The notes under the pieces were generated by a model, which was not told the origin of the DNA, searched no databases, and saw only the letters and a program-made list of their open reading frames with translations. DNA of 64,000 bases, from contig JAYWIR010000076.1 of assembly GCA_036172245.1 (NCBI GenBank), positions 1 through 64,000 of the forward strand, written 5' to 3'. This document shows positions 1-13,200 of this stretch, piece by piece. Position 1 is the first letter of the stretch. Each line of letters begins with the position of its first letter. A program made the translations under genes and the position numbers. The stretch comes from Raillietiella orientalis. Lineage: Eukaryota.

Positions 1-2130
1 GGAAGAGCCGCGCCCGGTGCCCTTGCGGTCGCAGTCGATCTGCGTAAAGCGTTCGATTGCGTCGACCAGGAACTCCTTCTGGAGCTCCTGGAACGCTTGG
101 GATTCCCGGCCGTCTTCCGGGCTAACCTGCGCTCCTGCTGGCGCTTCGCTCTGATAAACATCTCTTTTAGCGGCCGGCATGTGTACGGCGTGCCGGTTCG
201 GCGTGGCATAAGGCAGGGTGACAGACTGAGCCCCATGCTCTTCAGCATCTACTTCGAGCTGGTGCTGAGGGCATACAGGGTGACTCTGGCAACCCTGCCA
301 AGCTCGTGTCCCGGCACGCCTGCCGTGTCGGCCTACGCCGACGACCTTCTGCTCCTGCTCCCCGGGTCCACCCCGGCGTCGGCGCTCGAAGATTTCTTTG
401 AGTTGCTGCGCCGCGAAATTGGCCTCGAGGTGAACAGAGAGAAATCTTCCATCGTTCCAACATCACCACAACTTCTCAACAATACGGCGTGGGCGGGAAG
501 GCCGGACTGGATCCGCTAGGGGATCCCCACGGGCAGGTGCTTCAAGTACCTTGGCGTTCCGTTGGGGGAATTCTGCGTTGCAGGAGCCTGGTCCGACCGT
601 CTCCAAAAGGTGGAGTTGGCGATCGGCCCGTTCCGGAACAGCAAGTTTTACTTGCAGGAGCGGTCCGCGGTGTGGAACGCGTTCGCGGCCCCCCTCCTTC
701 GCCCCTTACTTTTTGTTTGTCCCGCCCCTCCCATCATACAGAGACGGACCAAAGCCCTCTTGAGGACTGCCCTTTGGGGCACAGCGAGGTCGCGAGTCCG
801 ATTGAAAGACTTGTGCGCTCCACGCAGGGATGGTGGCTTGGGCCTTCTTACGTTGGAGCGCATCCAACTTCAAACAACAATTCGAAAGTTAGCCCTCGCG
901 GCTAGCTCATGGATGACGCCATGGTGCGATCCGGCACGGCTCCTCGCCAGAAGAGCGACCGGCTGCGAAGGATTGTCCTCGATCCTCGTGGCCTACCAGC
1001 GCAGCCTCTCCAACTGTGGCCCCGATCTTCGCCAGATGGTCGCCCTGATGAGGGAGAATACCTGGATCTCCTGCCTCCCCGCGAACTGTACTGCCTGGCT
1101 TCAGGAGTCAGCTTCCGCGTGGGCTAAGATCAACAGCACGAGCGAGGTGGATTATTTAAATAGTTAAAATCATTTTATAATTCATAGATATTAAAATCTT
1201 TCATTACCTAGAAAATATTTCAATTTTTCAATCCTTTCGTACTAAGAAAATATATTATTATTTAAAGATAGAAACCAATCTGGCTTACGCCGATCTAAAC
1301 TCAAATCATGTAGAATTTTCAGTCGAACAGAATACAACTGCCTACGACGAGGACCGTACGCTCGACAGCCGCTGCAAGATATTATCAACACGCCCCGGAA
1401 GTTTCTGTGGTCTTCTTTCAGCCCCCTTGCCCCCGTTCTGTCCTCCCTAAAAAACACTAGGAGCAGCAACGAGCGGGCATCGTGGGAAGTGTCCTGCCTC
1501 ATCCGAGGCAGGAAAAAACCTTTAAATGCGTGGACGACTCGGGAGCTCACGGACGCTGCCACCCCGAGCGTCCCGCCTCACGGACTTGCGCGCTGGGGAG
1601 AGCTGCTCGCAATACCTCCGGAGGAGGTGAAGTGGCCCCCAGCGTGTTGGGATTGCGGCACACTTCCGTTGAAGTGGCAGGAGACAGCGTTGCTATTTCT
1701 GCACTGGGGACTGTTAAGCAGAGCACGCCTGTCTCACTGGACACTGGGGAATGTGGATGCCCGCTGTGTCGAGTGCGGAGAAAGAGAAACCTTCCCGCAT
1801 CTCACCCTCGAGTGTGTCGCCCTGGATGGACTCTGGAGTCGAATCGCCCCAATCCTCCACCTTCCAGTAGGCGACCCTATGGAAATTTACCGTCGCCTCT
1901 TTCTGCGTGACGGCCTGCGCCCCGCTGCGTCTCTAGCAGTCCTCTGCTGCGTGCGCGGCATTGTGCAAAGGTGGCACGCCAGAAGAAGAGGCCCAAGATG
2001 CAGGGACGCCATCCACTGGACGACGATCTCTTTAGAGACGGCGACAAGGTGGCGTCTACCTTTCACAATAAAAACCGAACTTGACTGCATCCTCAACAGG
2101 ATGCGGAGGACCGACCCAGGCGCCCAGTGA
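1..2130 (+). pseudogene. ORF2 remnant (reverse transcriptase + C-terminal zinc-binding domain), internal stop and NUMT interruption
   Basis: ORF pieces 97-519, 562-1167 and 1489-2130 are collinear with the near-intact ORF2 at 45800-49400. Confidence 0.9.
1150..1331 (-). pseudogene. rrnL: NUMT: fragment from the 3' end of the animal mitochondrial 16S (large subunit) rRNA gene
   Basis: AT-rich insert containing TCCTTTCGTACTA (1232-1244) and GATAGAAACCAATCTGGCTTACGCCGATCTAAACTCAAATCATGTA...AGTCGAACAG; 1290-1311 resembles the universal 16Sbr primer CCGGTCTGAACTCAGATCACGT. Confidence 0.85.
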
Positions 2131-2389
2131 TCCCTTCCCTGCCCCCCACCTCTCCCCATACAACTGTTTCCCTCCCCGTTATCTCTCTTTTTGTTTGTTT
2201 TTGTTCTGGTTTCCCCTTCCCATGCGCCTCCGGAATGGACCTAACCGGTCTATGCACCGGCAACCGACACGTCCAGCAAGGTGGGAGAACCCAGTGTTTC
2301 CCCACAGAAAACATCTTTTTTAAAGACTTTATTATGTAATTTTTGTAGAAAATTAGAATAATAAATGCCCCGGCATATCCGGGTGACAA

Positions 2390-3447
2390 TCGTCGGCTGC
2401 AGCCGAGCATTCGTCGCCAGCGTCATCGAGCAGAAAAGCCGCTCCAGACTGCCAAACCTGGCGCTCGGCCCTGCCCTTGTACTCCGCCAGACGCCGGACG
2501 CCCGAACATCGGGATAAGGTACGCGCCTGCAGATAGGATCTGCTGTTCGCGACACCCTTCCCGAAGCCGCGGGGAAGCAGGTGCAAGGGGAACCGGCAGC
2601 ACAACTCGCGGACCGATCTTTTCAGATCGTCTTAATCCTTGAGTTCACGGATGGCGAAGCCCCGGTGGTGTTGGCGAAGATGCTCCGCCGCCTCCGAATT
2701 GCTAAGCCAGTCAGCCGGCTGGCTCCAGACATTCAACGGAGGCCCTCTGCCAGGCGGGAGGAGCTTGAACTCCTGTCTTGGATGATCCGAAATCACGGAC
2801 AGCAGGAGCCCTCTCCGACCTACTCTTGAGAGCAGGTGTTCATCGAGGAACGCATGGTCCGACGATCTCTCCATCGCGGGCTTACCAGCAAGCAAGTTTT
2901 GCAGGCACACGGACGAGCATACCTCGCTCACCAGTTGCTTCTCCCTCAAGCGGCATCTCTCCTCTGTTAGCAGGTGGACGTTGAAGTCTCCTGCAAGGAG
3001 GTGCGCCACGTTAGGGCCGGAGTCAGCAAGCCAGCGGCTGCGCAGGCCACCCAGGAATGCGAGTCGCTGGGCGTTATGCCGGACGCCGCTCGGCGCGTAG
3101 ATATTTGTAACGACCATGTCGATCGATTCAGACCACCTGAGGACAAGTTGGCCCACACGACCTTGCTCGTCGAAACAAGCGTTCCGCACCGCCTACGCCA
3201 CCCTGCCTCGGACGAGGAACGCGACTCCGCACGTGTGCGCGGAGCCTTGCCGCCAGTGTAGCGTCCCGCCCGCGCGCTCTTCCAGATTCGATGCCTGCCT
3301 TTTGGAGATGCTTTGTATCTCCTGGAGCAGCACCAGATCGAACGCGCGCAAAGCGTTGGCTACTGTCCGCATTTCGTCGGCATCACGCAGCTCGTTTACA
3401 TTTCAACAGGCCACAGTGACGCGACGAGCGGACGCGAGTCCACGCAT
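2390..3447 (-). pseudogene. ORF2 N-terminus, AP endonuclease domain, disrupted
   Basis: MRGLASARR..NVN..LLQE..NIYAPSG..GDFN..SDH. Confidence 0.85.
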
Positions 3448-3449
3448 TA

Positions 3450-5389
3450 CTGCTGCGGACATGACGGCGTGCTTCTCGCCCCGTCCTGAGAGAAGTCAGC
3501 TGGTAGGAGATTGGATTGGGAAGTGGAAATGGTCCCGTTCGCCTCCACATCGTGCCCAGCTCACTCCTGGGAGCCGAGGATCATCGCCTCGGTCTCCGTG
3601 CAGGAGCCGGATCCGCCTCCAACAACAGGCTCGTGCTTTCGCACTTTAGTTCGGCACGCTACCGGCTTACCCCGGGATGCGCGCTCCATTTGTTTGAACT
3701 CGGACTCCACCTCGGAGTCCGAGTGCCTGGCGCGAGACTGGCGTTTTGCCTGTGTCTTTTCGTTTCGGCACGTAGAGGCCTGCCCCTCCCGCGCGGGGGT
3801 CGTCGCAGTCGCCAACGCAGCTTCCGGAACTTTGGTTTCCGCATCCGCCCTCTCGCGCGAGGCGACAGAGACAGAGCACGCAGCTGTAGTGCGTACCTGG
3901 GTACGCACCTTCTTCGGGGTGCTTCGCTTCTGTCTCCCACCCACCTTAAGGATGGGGAATATTGAAGGGTCAACCTTCTTCTTCCCCTTTGTGGGCGTCC
4001 TGGAAACGCGAGTCCAGCCCGCGTCGGGGACGCCATCCTGGGAGGCCGACGCCTCCCTTATTTGTTTGGCCGGAGATGCCGGCTCAGGTTTCGCGCTCGC
4101 GACGGAAGACGGCTCCGTATCCGTTACGCGCTGCAACTGCTCCTTAGCCGGTGCGGAAGAAACGGCAGTCATTGCCGCCGTCACGCGACGCGCTATTGCA
4201 GCCTTCGCTGGTCGTGCCTTCGCCGTGGAAGACGTGATCTCCGCGGCCGTGGGAGGAGACTGCCGTTCACAAGCAGCTACGAGAGTGCCCGCGCACGTTT
4301 CCCGTGTGTTCCGCTGCACGCGGAAATGGACGCCGACGGTTCAGCAACCTTCATCGAGTGCGTGCCTGCACTCTTGGACTGCTTCGAAGGGGGTGATTTG
4401 CCTCCAGGGCGCGGTGGCTTCTTTCGCGTCTGCGTGGCTGTCTGGGATGGTGGCTTCCCTGGAGCAACCGCGCTTTTTTTCGCGGGACCGCCACTCGATG
4501 AAGCCCTGCCCTTCTCGCCAGATTTCTCCCGTGGCACAACGGGGGATTTTTTCAGCGCGGACAGGGTCGATTGTTGGTGGCATTTCGCCTGCCGTTGTTT
4601 CTTCAGCTCAGCGCACCCCTTAATGGAGTGACCGAGGTGTTTACAATAGCGGCAGTTGCGTGAAGGGCACGGCCACGGACGGTGGCCCTCTGCACCGAAA
4701 ATGCTGCAAGCCGGTCGCTGACCGGCAAATTTAAGGTGGACGATCGCATCGCCCACCTGCAAGTGCGGAGGCATTTGCCTCCTATCCGCCATGGTGACAC
4801 GCTCCATGGCAAGTCCGCTGTGGAGATATGCAATCCTTTTAAACGAATTGTCTGCTCTCCACAGCGCGTGCATCGTGGCGAATGCACTAAGTGCACCGAC
4901 GAGCACGCGATAGGGCGTGTCCACCTTGACGACGGACAATCGGACCACAAACGACTGGTCCATGGACGACGGGACGACCTCCTTCCCGCGGATATTTAGC
5001 GGGGTGCGGAGAAGGCGCTGGACTAGGGATGCCTCTTTGCAGTGCACCTCCCAGTGTCCGAGCGCGTTAGCCGTCAAGTCGGCCAAGAGGTCGTCCTGAA
5101 GGACCCCAACGCGCGAAAGCTCATCCCACAAATTTTCTCCGACCCCGTCGGTAATAGCAACACTCACCGGATAACAGAGAGCAGGCTTGCAGCCATAAGC
5201 TGCATATACCTGCAGCTACGCTTCGTCGGGAGGTGCTCCGTTGGCTGCCGCCGCCTTGACGACGGCAGCGAAGCTTCTGGCAGGCGGCGAGACACAAGAT
5301 TCAGAGGCGGACCGCGCATCTGGAGTAGAGTCTCCAAAGCCAGTAGAAGCCTCCACATCCATCTTTTGCTGCAGGGGCTCCGTGGACAT
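3450..5389 (-). pseudogene. ORF1 (gag-like nucleic-acid-binding protein, CCHC zinc knuckles), disrupted
   Basis: ORF pieces 5216-5422, 4277-5167 and 3561-4319; similar to ORF1 at 16170 and 62730. Confidence 0.75.
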
Positions 5390-5468
5390 CACAGTGGACG
5401 CACTCGGGCACACCACACACAAAAAGACGGAAAGGAATCACGCTCGAGGAGCAACACAGAACACGTCC

Positions 5469-5676
5469 GTGCTCCGTTATCGTGGAGCGTATTCCCGACC
5501 GCTGCGAAAAAGAACTGGCCGCTATCGACAACAATCCCTCTGTTGACTCTGTCAACAGCAAGGGAAGCGAGCCGGCGGCGGCGTCCGTCATCGGCACCAC
5601 CATCGACGACGTAGCCTTCGCGCGAGCCGCGGAGGAGCTGGCTGACTCGTTGCAGCCGGCCGCCCCCAAGGCCAGT
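5469..5676 (+). mobile_element. Orphan ~210-bp piece of family B ORF1 between two element 5' ends
   Basis: CSVIVERIPDRCEKELAAIDNNP..AEELADSLQP matches B ORF1 at about 22080-22290 (minus). Confidence 0.85.
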
Positions 5677-5765
5677 TAGAGGACGTGTTTCTCCTTCACT
5701 CCCGAAAGAGTAGTAGGAAAGCTTTTTTCTTGTGTGTGGAGTTTTGTGTACATCGTCGGTGTCCA

Positions 5766-6459
5766 ATGGCCACGATGCCAGAGGGCACCGCGATGGAGGT
5801 AGGAGTGAGGGAGGTTAGTTCGCCCCCACAGCCTACTGAAGCAGGGGCAGCCGCCCGGAATCATCCCCGGCCACGCCAAGGACATGGATTGCCATGGTGG
5901 CCGCGCCCAGCGCGGAAGCCATGGCGGAGATGGCCGCATACAAGGCCTCCGGGTACAAGCCTTCCCTCGTGTACCAGGTAGGCGACTTGTTTGACGGCAG
6001 GACTGCACGCGCATCTAGCAGTGCGCTGCAGGAAGCGAATATACTAGAAAAGGTTCTTGACGGCCTCTCCGTCCTCAGCCGCGAGCAGCAGGTCGAGGTG
6101 GTGTGTGAGGACGTCACCTTGGCTCACCGCCTGATTCATGTGCCGCTGAACGCTGACGGCTGCAAGATCCTGCCATTGTCAATGGACCGCTCCGTGGTGG
6201 TCCACATGACTGGCATTAGCAGCGGCATGACTCGCTCTGCGGTCGGAGAAGAACTACGAAAGTTCGGGGAGGTGCACGCACTGTGGCCCAAACCCACCAT
6301 TTTTGACGGCTACGGTAGCCTTGTTGGTGGTCAGGCTGCAGCGCGGGTCACCGTAAAGGAGAATTGTGGGCTTCCCCACAAACTACAGGTGGCACAAGAA
6401 AACGTCGACTTGTGGTATGTAGGGAAGCCCCGGTATTGCGGGCATTGTGATACCGTGGG
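5766..6459 (+). pseudogene. Family A ORF1, N-terminal half, truncated by internal deletion
   Basis: MVAAPSAEAMAEMAAYKASGYKP..LWYVGKPRYCGHCDTVG, then jumps into the endonuclease. Confidence 0.85.
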
Positions 6460-8021
6460 ACGTCCAGGAGATCGAAACCATCGCGGGGGGTCGGCTGTAC
6501 TGGCAATGCGCCATCCGCAACACCTACAAAGTCCCGTTCTTCGTGAAGCCGGCCATCGACGCTGCCGTGAAGGGCGTGCGCTTCGATGACGACGGTCGGG
6601 TCGGTCAGCTCACTCTCAGCTGGTCCGACTCGATCGAATTGATCGTCACGAACGTGTACGCCCCAAGCGGGAAAGGGGGATACAGCGACCGTACCAGGTT
6701 GCTGGAAACCCTGAAGCGCGATTGGCTGGCCGACAGAATTGTGCGGAAGGCACACCTGATAGCTGGAGACTTTAATCTCCGTCTGCTGTCAGGTGAGCCC
6801 GAAGCACAAGAACGCACGGTCAACGAGTTGTGCGCTGCCATGCGCACGCGCAACTTGTTGGCGGACGCGGAGGGAATGGACCGCATCATCGATTACTTCT
6901 TCCTGGATGCCGACCTGTGCTCACGGGTCGGCAAACGGGGGAAAGTTGCGTCGACGCTGTCGAACCATTCCAGGATAATCGCCGAGGTTTGCTCGCGCGA
7001 CAAAGGACCCCCGTCCAGAGCGTGGCGGCTGCCTGGGGACTGGACGCGGATCTCAGGTGCGAAGAAACACCTTCGCGAATTCCTGAGAGCAGTCACACTC
7101 CTCAGTCTCAAAGATTGGGACCTCTTCAAGGCCTCGGTCCGCGAGTTCTGTGAGGAGTTCCCCCTGCACCACCTGCACCCCGGATTTGGGGAGGGGGCTC
7201 GGAACCATAGGGCCTATATACAGGCTCGCCGGTACGAGAGGACCCCCAATGTCCGTCGCCTGGCCGAATATCGAGCCGGGGCCGAGCGCCAAGCCTGGCA
7301 ATCCGGGTCGGTTAGCTTGCTGGACGACCAGGGCTGGGAGCAATCGGCCCCACCCGCGATCAGGCACCTCGTGCGGCATAACTATTCCTCCCTCTACGCT
7401 AGGGCACCCCCAGAGCGGGACGCATCGCGGCTCCTGCTTCCGGACGGAGCCCCGGCAATGGGGGAGGAAGGGAGGATCAGCCTCGACGAGCCTCTTTCCA
7501 CCGGTGAAATTCTCGCCGGTATTAAAAGGCTCAAGAGGCGTAAGGCGCCAGGGGAGGACGGCCTGCCTGCGGAATTCTTTCAATGCTTCGCAGCAGAGCT
7601 GGCCCCCTTGTGCTTTAGTTGACCGGGCTAATCCGAGACGAAGGCGACGCTCCCGCCTCGTTTCGGTCAGCCCGTGTGAGGCTCCTCACGAAGGGAGAAG
7701 ACCTGAGATCCTTAGGCAACTGACGTCCGATCACAATTGTGAATACGGACGCCAATCTGGTCGCTAAACTGTGGGCTTCGCGTCTAGCACAGGTGGCAGA
7801 TTCCATAATTAGCCCGGAGCAGACCTACGCTGTTCCCGGGCGAATTATGGATGCCAACCTGTTCTTCGCGAGCACATGGTTCCATGTGCAGCGCTGCCTA
7901 AGCGACAGTGGCGGAAAGATTGGCAACCCCACTTTAAGGCCGCCAGCTAAGCTAAGAATGGACACCCGGGCTGGGAAGGGGGCCGTAGCGATCGCGGTCG
8001 ATCTCCATAAGGCGTTCGATT
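6460..8021 (+). pseudogene. Family A ORF2, endonuclease to first half of RT
   Basis: NVYAP, GDFN, KAPGEDG, RPITIVNTD, EQTYAVPGR, DLHKAFD. Confidence 0.9.
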
Positions 8022-8237
8022 CTCACCCGAATTTCGCCGGGGCGTTTATTGTAAAATAAACATTTACAAAGACGTGCGGTGGCTGGACCATTGCTCCAGC
8101 CACGCACGAAGGAACACAGAGCCTGCCGGGACACCGGTTCGCAGACCGGCACGGTCCACCACGGCATCAGGGGGAAGGGGAAAAAACAAAAAACAAAACA
8201 AAAGGAAAAGAAAAAACTGGCAGGGTACAGGAAGGGA

Positions 8238-10242
8238 TCACTGTAGCTGGTGAAGCCGTTGCATCCTTTGCAGGATGCCGGCAAGCTCTTGCTGTATGCT
8301 TGGATCCAGGTGGGGCCTTCGCGGCGCTCTCCTCAGGAACTGAGAGGCTGGCTGGATGGCACCCTGGTCGCGTTGTCCTCCCGTAGCCTTGCACCAAGCG
8401 AAGACGATCGCGCGTAGGCAGCACAAAGCTGCTAACGAGGGCGCTGGCCGAAGAGCGTCAGCAACGAAGAGGGCTTTCAGTGCGTCCTTGGGGTTGTCGC
8501 AGCGTATTCCGATGGCCGCGGCAAAGCGAAACCAGAGGGGCCGAAGGGCAACACAATCCACTGGCAGGTGGGGTAGGGAGTCCCGTTCCCCAGACCTGAC
8601 GCAATTGGGGTCCACCTCTCCCCAGGTCCAGTGGTTTCGGCGGGCGTTGCAGGGGAGTCCCCAGTGCTGCAACAGGAATGAGGACTACTGCCATTTTTAG
8701 GGGAGGGTGGAGGTGTTCATTAGTACCGGGGGCCACTTCAAACGTTCATTGGGAACGTCGAGCAGCGCGCTTCAGCGAAGAAGTCCATAGGGAGGCGTAC
8801 TCGGGGTGGCAGCGTCAGTTAGCTGACCCGTCTTCCACTCTCCTATCTTCTCCTTTCCGGAGATTGTAACTGAAACCTCCCACTTCGCCGCAACATCGCT
8901 GTCCAGATCTTCCATCAGGGAGGGCAGCGCAGCAGAGAGTGGGGTTCTTCCTGCACACGCTCTTTTCTTTGGATCCTCCAGGATCTCGCATAGCGTGCAA
9001 CTTCTGTAACCCCCAAACATCAACCTTCGTTGGGAGCGTTGCATGCCGAACTGTCCTCTCGTTCGAACGGCTTCCTGCAACCAGGCACTACCGTTCAAAG
9101 GGAGACAGGTGAACAATCCTGGGTTTTTCCGGTACAGCGGGGCCACCCTCCGTAGCTGGAGTCCGCATCGGTTGACGCGGCGATGGAGTGCAAGAAACGA
9201 CGTCAGTCCCGTCTTTCCGGTGGCTTGCTGGAGAAGGAGACGTGCAGCGACGCACCAACAGGTGCACCACAACTCTGGAACGAGTGCCGACAATCGGAAC
9301 TGGATCTGAAGCTCCAGCCGCTCCGGCGTCAGGAGGCCCAGACCACCGTTTCGACGAGGAGCGCACAAGTCCTTTAAGCGGACACGGGCCCTCCCGTTGC
9401 CCCAAAAAGCGATACAGAGGAGGTCCTTTGTCCGCTTTTTAATTCTCTCTGTGGAGGGGCAAAGAAAAAGCAGGGGGCGGAAAAGAGTAGCCGCGAACTT
9501 CTTCCAAACCGCGGACCGTTCAGGCAGGAAAAACCTGCCGCCTCGGAACGGGCTGATCGCCGCCTCTACTTTTTCAAATCAGCAGGACCACGCTTCCGCA
9601 GGGGAGTATTGTTTCAACGGCACACCAAGGTACTTGAAGTACCTCACCGTGATGATCCCCAAACGGACCCAGTCCTGCTGCCCTGCCCACGCCGTACCAA
9701 CTGGCATCACGGACGACTTCGCCCTGTTCACCGTAAGTCCGGTTCCCCGATACAGCAGGTCGAAGAACTCCTCGACCACCTCAGCCGGGGTGGACATAGG
9801 GAGCAGCAGCGGAAGGTCGTCCGCGTACGCTGAAACGGCCGGCGTACCAGCACAGTGGTGCGGCAGGTGCGCCAGAGTTCCCCTGTACGCTCTCAGTACC
9901 AACTCAAAGTAGGTACTGAAGAGCAAGGGACTCAGGCTGTCTCCCTGCAGGATCCCACGCCGCACCGGCACGCCGTGCACGGTCTGCCCGCTGAAAGTAA
10001 CGTTGATGAGCGCGTCGCGCCAGCAGGAGCGCAGATAGGCCACTAATGAGGCCGGGAAGCCCAAGCGTTCCAGAAGCTCCAGAAGGAGATTCTGGTCGAC
10101 GCAATCGAATGCTTTCCGCAAGTCGATTGCGACCGCAAGGGCTCCCTCCCCCACCCGACCATCCAACCCTTGCCGGAGCACGCACCGGAATTCCGGCTGC
10201 GCACCAAGCTCCTTTCATGTTGGAGCTCTAGCCAGGTGGAAG
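8238..10242 (-). pseudogene. Family B ORF2, RT second half + C-terminal domain, disrupted
   Basis: IDLRKAFD, GILQGDSLSP, YADD, YLGVP; closely similar to 51600-53627. Confidence 0.9.
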
Positions 10243-13200
10243 TTTCCACGCGGTCACGCCGGGGCGTTTATCGCTAAACACTATGTTTTCGCGATTCCCC
10301 GCTACGGCCAATAGTTCTTTGGACCTGCCGGGAAGCCGGCTCGCAGAGCAGCTTGACTCTCCTCGGTAGCGGAGGGGGTAGGGGGTAAAAACTAAAAGAT
10401 AAATAAAAGGAATAAACGAAAAGAAACTATTTGAGGGGCCGGGAATGGATCACAGTCCGCTGGAGGAAGAGACCATCCTTTCTAGGATGCCCTCGAGGTC
10501 CCTCTTCATTGTTCCCAGATGGGTACAGCCGATCGCGTTTTGCAGGTTTCGACCAGCGTGTACGATGGGATCCCTGTCGCTGCTTCCTCTGTTGGCTGCG
10601 CTGCACGCGGCCACAATCCCTCGGAGGCAGCAAAGTGCTGCCAGGGCTGAGGCTGGTGTCAGGGCGTGCCGCACGAAGAGGAGTCTCATAACGTCTCTGG
10701 GGGTGCTGCCTACCGGCATTGAATGGTTCGTAGCAAAACGTTCCCACAAGGGCCGGAGGGCACCGCAGTCCACGAACAGATGGGGGAGGGATTGCTTCTC
10801 CCCGCACACTGCGCATTTCTGTTCAACATTCCCCCACGTCCAGTGGTGGCGGCGTGCGTTGCAGGGAAGACCCCAGTGCAACAACAACAGCGCCGTTTCC
10901 TGCCACTTTAGGGGTAGGATTGATGAATCAATGAACGACGGGGGCCACTCTAGGTCATCCGTCGGGATGCCAAGCAGCTCGCCCCATCTCCGTAGTCCAT
11001 GTGGGTGAATTCTTGGGGTTGCGGCGTCTGCCAGTTCCCTCATGGTCCACCCGCTTAGATTCTTCTCCTTGCCCGCTATCCTGCAGGATACTTGCCATCT
11101 CGGCTTCCGAATATTTTGGAGCGCCCTCCGTAGGAAGGGCAGCGCCGTGGCCAGTGGGGTCGTCTCCGCCCAAGTGCTTCTGGCGGGACACTCGAGCATG
11201 TTCCGCAGCGTGCAGCGGGTGTAGATGCCGGTAAGCAGGCCGTTGCAAAATTCTTCACTGATATTGTTTATCTTTGCCCAAGTTCCAACTGTTTCTTCCA
11301 GCCATGCGCTGGAGTTGGCAGGGCTGCAGGTCATCCACGCGTTCTCCTTTGCCAGGGTGGCCATGCGTACCAGGAGAAGTCCATCTTCTTTTTTTCCGGC
11401 CGGGGCACAGAAGAAAAGACGTGGATCCTTCAGTCCCGGACACACGTCTGGCGAGAAGGCGGGCCGGTACGCACCACGGGGTGTTCCACATATTCGCTGC
11501 GATGGCTAGAGTACGCCACCGCAGTTGTGTTTCCATTCACTCCATCGTCAGGACTCTGAAACCTCCGTCCCGACGTGGAGCGCACAATTCTTTTAAAGTC
11601 ACACGAGGCCTTCCGCCGCCCCACAGGGCGATACGTAGGAGGTCCTTCGTTCTTTTTCTTAATTCACGGGATACGGGGCAAACAAAAAGCAGGGAGCGAA
11701 GGAGGGGGGCCGCGAACGCGTTCCACACCGCGGTTCTCACAGCAAACGTCGGTTGAGAACACTCCCGACGACGCTGGTGACGGCGAAGACTGGCAGACGG
11801 TACAGCCACGAAGAAAACACGGGCGTCCCGAACGAAACGCGGTGAAAACAAAAACGAAGCGCGAAAAACCGTGCCGCGCAATGCTCCGCGCGTGTTCGGT
11901 AAAATTAGAACGTGTGGAGGCACCCGATGCCGCCTCCGGGGGAGCAATCCTTCCCCTCGCGTCCGCCGAAGCCGCGACGGTCGATGGTAAAAGCTCTGGC
12001 GAAACAGAGGGGGAACCGCGCGCCGCGCTCGACGCTATCGAGGAGGCCGCCTTCCAGCAGGCGGTGGAAGAACTCACGGCTGAACTGCAAGGCCGTGAAA
12101 AGAACTCGCGAAAAGGCTTGCAAAGGCCGGCCGCGAGGAAGGCTCCGGAGGCAGGTGAGGCCGATCCGGACGTCGAAAGTGCGTCCTCTTCAGCGGAGGC
12201 GCCACCAAAGAAGACGGGACGTAAGTCTCAGAATCCCAGGAGGCGCATCCGGATCAACAAGGAGGCGGATGAATCGGCCCCCGAGGGGGAAGCCGGCAGC
12301 GTGGGGGGCGAGGGTGGGAATATCTCATTCCCCGACACCGTGCAGCTAGCGACCCCCATGGAGGAGGATGTGCAGGTGGGTGAACCCCTACTTCCTCTAC
12401 AAGGCCCCGACGACGAATCGTCCTCCATGGAGGAGAGAGAAGCGGTGCGTAACGCACCCCCTCCTCCTAGCGTCCCTCCCGACAAGGTGGCGGGAGCCCC
12501 ATTGCCAATTTCCCAGGATTAACACCTGGACTCGCCTGTCGCCGTAGGATACGCGTAGCCTGCTGGAACGTCAACGGGCTGCGCGATGACGGCAACAGGC
12601 GGGACACGGACGACATCCTGCGTGACTTCGACCTGGCACTCCTGCAGGAGATCCACGTGATCACCGTGGAGAACGCCCAGGAGATCGAAAGGATCGCAGG
12701 GGGTCGTCTGTTTTGGCAATGCGGCGCTCGCAACACCTGTGGCGTCGCTTTTTTTATGAAGCCAGCGGTCGCTTCCTTCGTGAAGGACGTAGGATTCGAC
12801 AAGGACGGTCGGGTTGGCCAGCTTATCCTTACGTGGTCCGACTCGATGGACCTTGTCGTGACTAATGTGTACGCTCCGAGCGGAGGACGCGGGTACGGGG
12901 AACGTTCCCGGTTGCTCGAAACCCTGAAGCGCGACTGGCTGGCGGATACAAACGTACGCAAGGCACATCTGATCGGTGGGGATTTCAACATCCGCCTGCT
13001 CTCAGGTGTGCCTTGCAGGCAAAAAGACGCAACCAACGAGTTGTGCGCCGCTATGCGTACGCGCAACTTGCTGGGAGACCTACCGGAAATGGCCCAAAGC
13101 GTAGACCACGTCTTTCTTGACGCCGACCTGTGCCCACGTGTCGGCAGACGAGCGAAACTTCCGTCGACGCTATCGGACCACTTCCGGTTGATAATCGAAA

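Larger units (their letters stand above)
1..2389 (+). mobile_element. L1/Tx1-clade non-LTR retrotransposon, 3' part (RT second half, C-terminal Cys/His domain, 3' UTR), degraded
   Basis: AVDLRKAFD, GIRQGDRLSP, YADD, YLGVP, GGLGL and CVECGERETFPHLTLEC motifs; T-rich 3' UTR; ends in AATAAATGCCCCGGCATATCCGGGTGACAA (2360-2389). Confidence 0.93.
2390..5468 (-). mobile_element. Tx1-like element, family F type, 5' part (5' end, ORF1, AP endonuclease)
   Basis: 5' motif GGACGTGT at 5468-5461; ORF1 knuckles (GHRPWPC, CRYCKHLGHSIKGC); ORF2 N-terminus with LLQE, NIYAP, GDFN, SDH; cut at 2390 by the 3' end of the preceding element. Confidence 0.9.

Noticed and set aside
1150..1225. Possible mitochondrial tRNA-Leu next to the 16S fragment
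   Set aside because: Only a 4-bp stem with a 6-nt loop was found; no convincing cloverleaf
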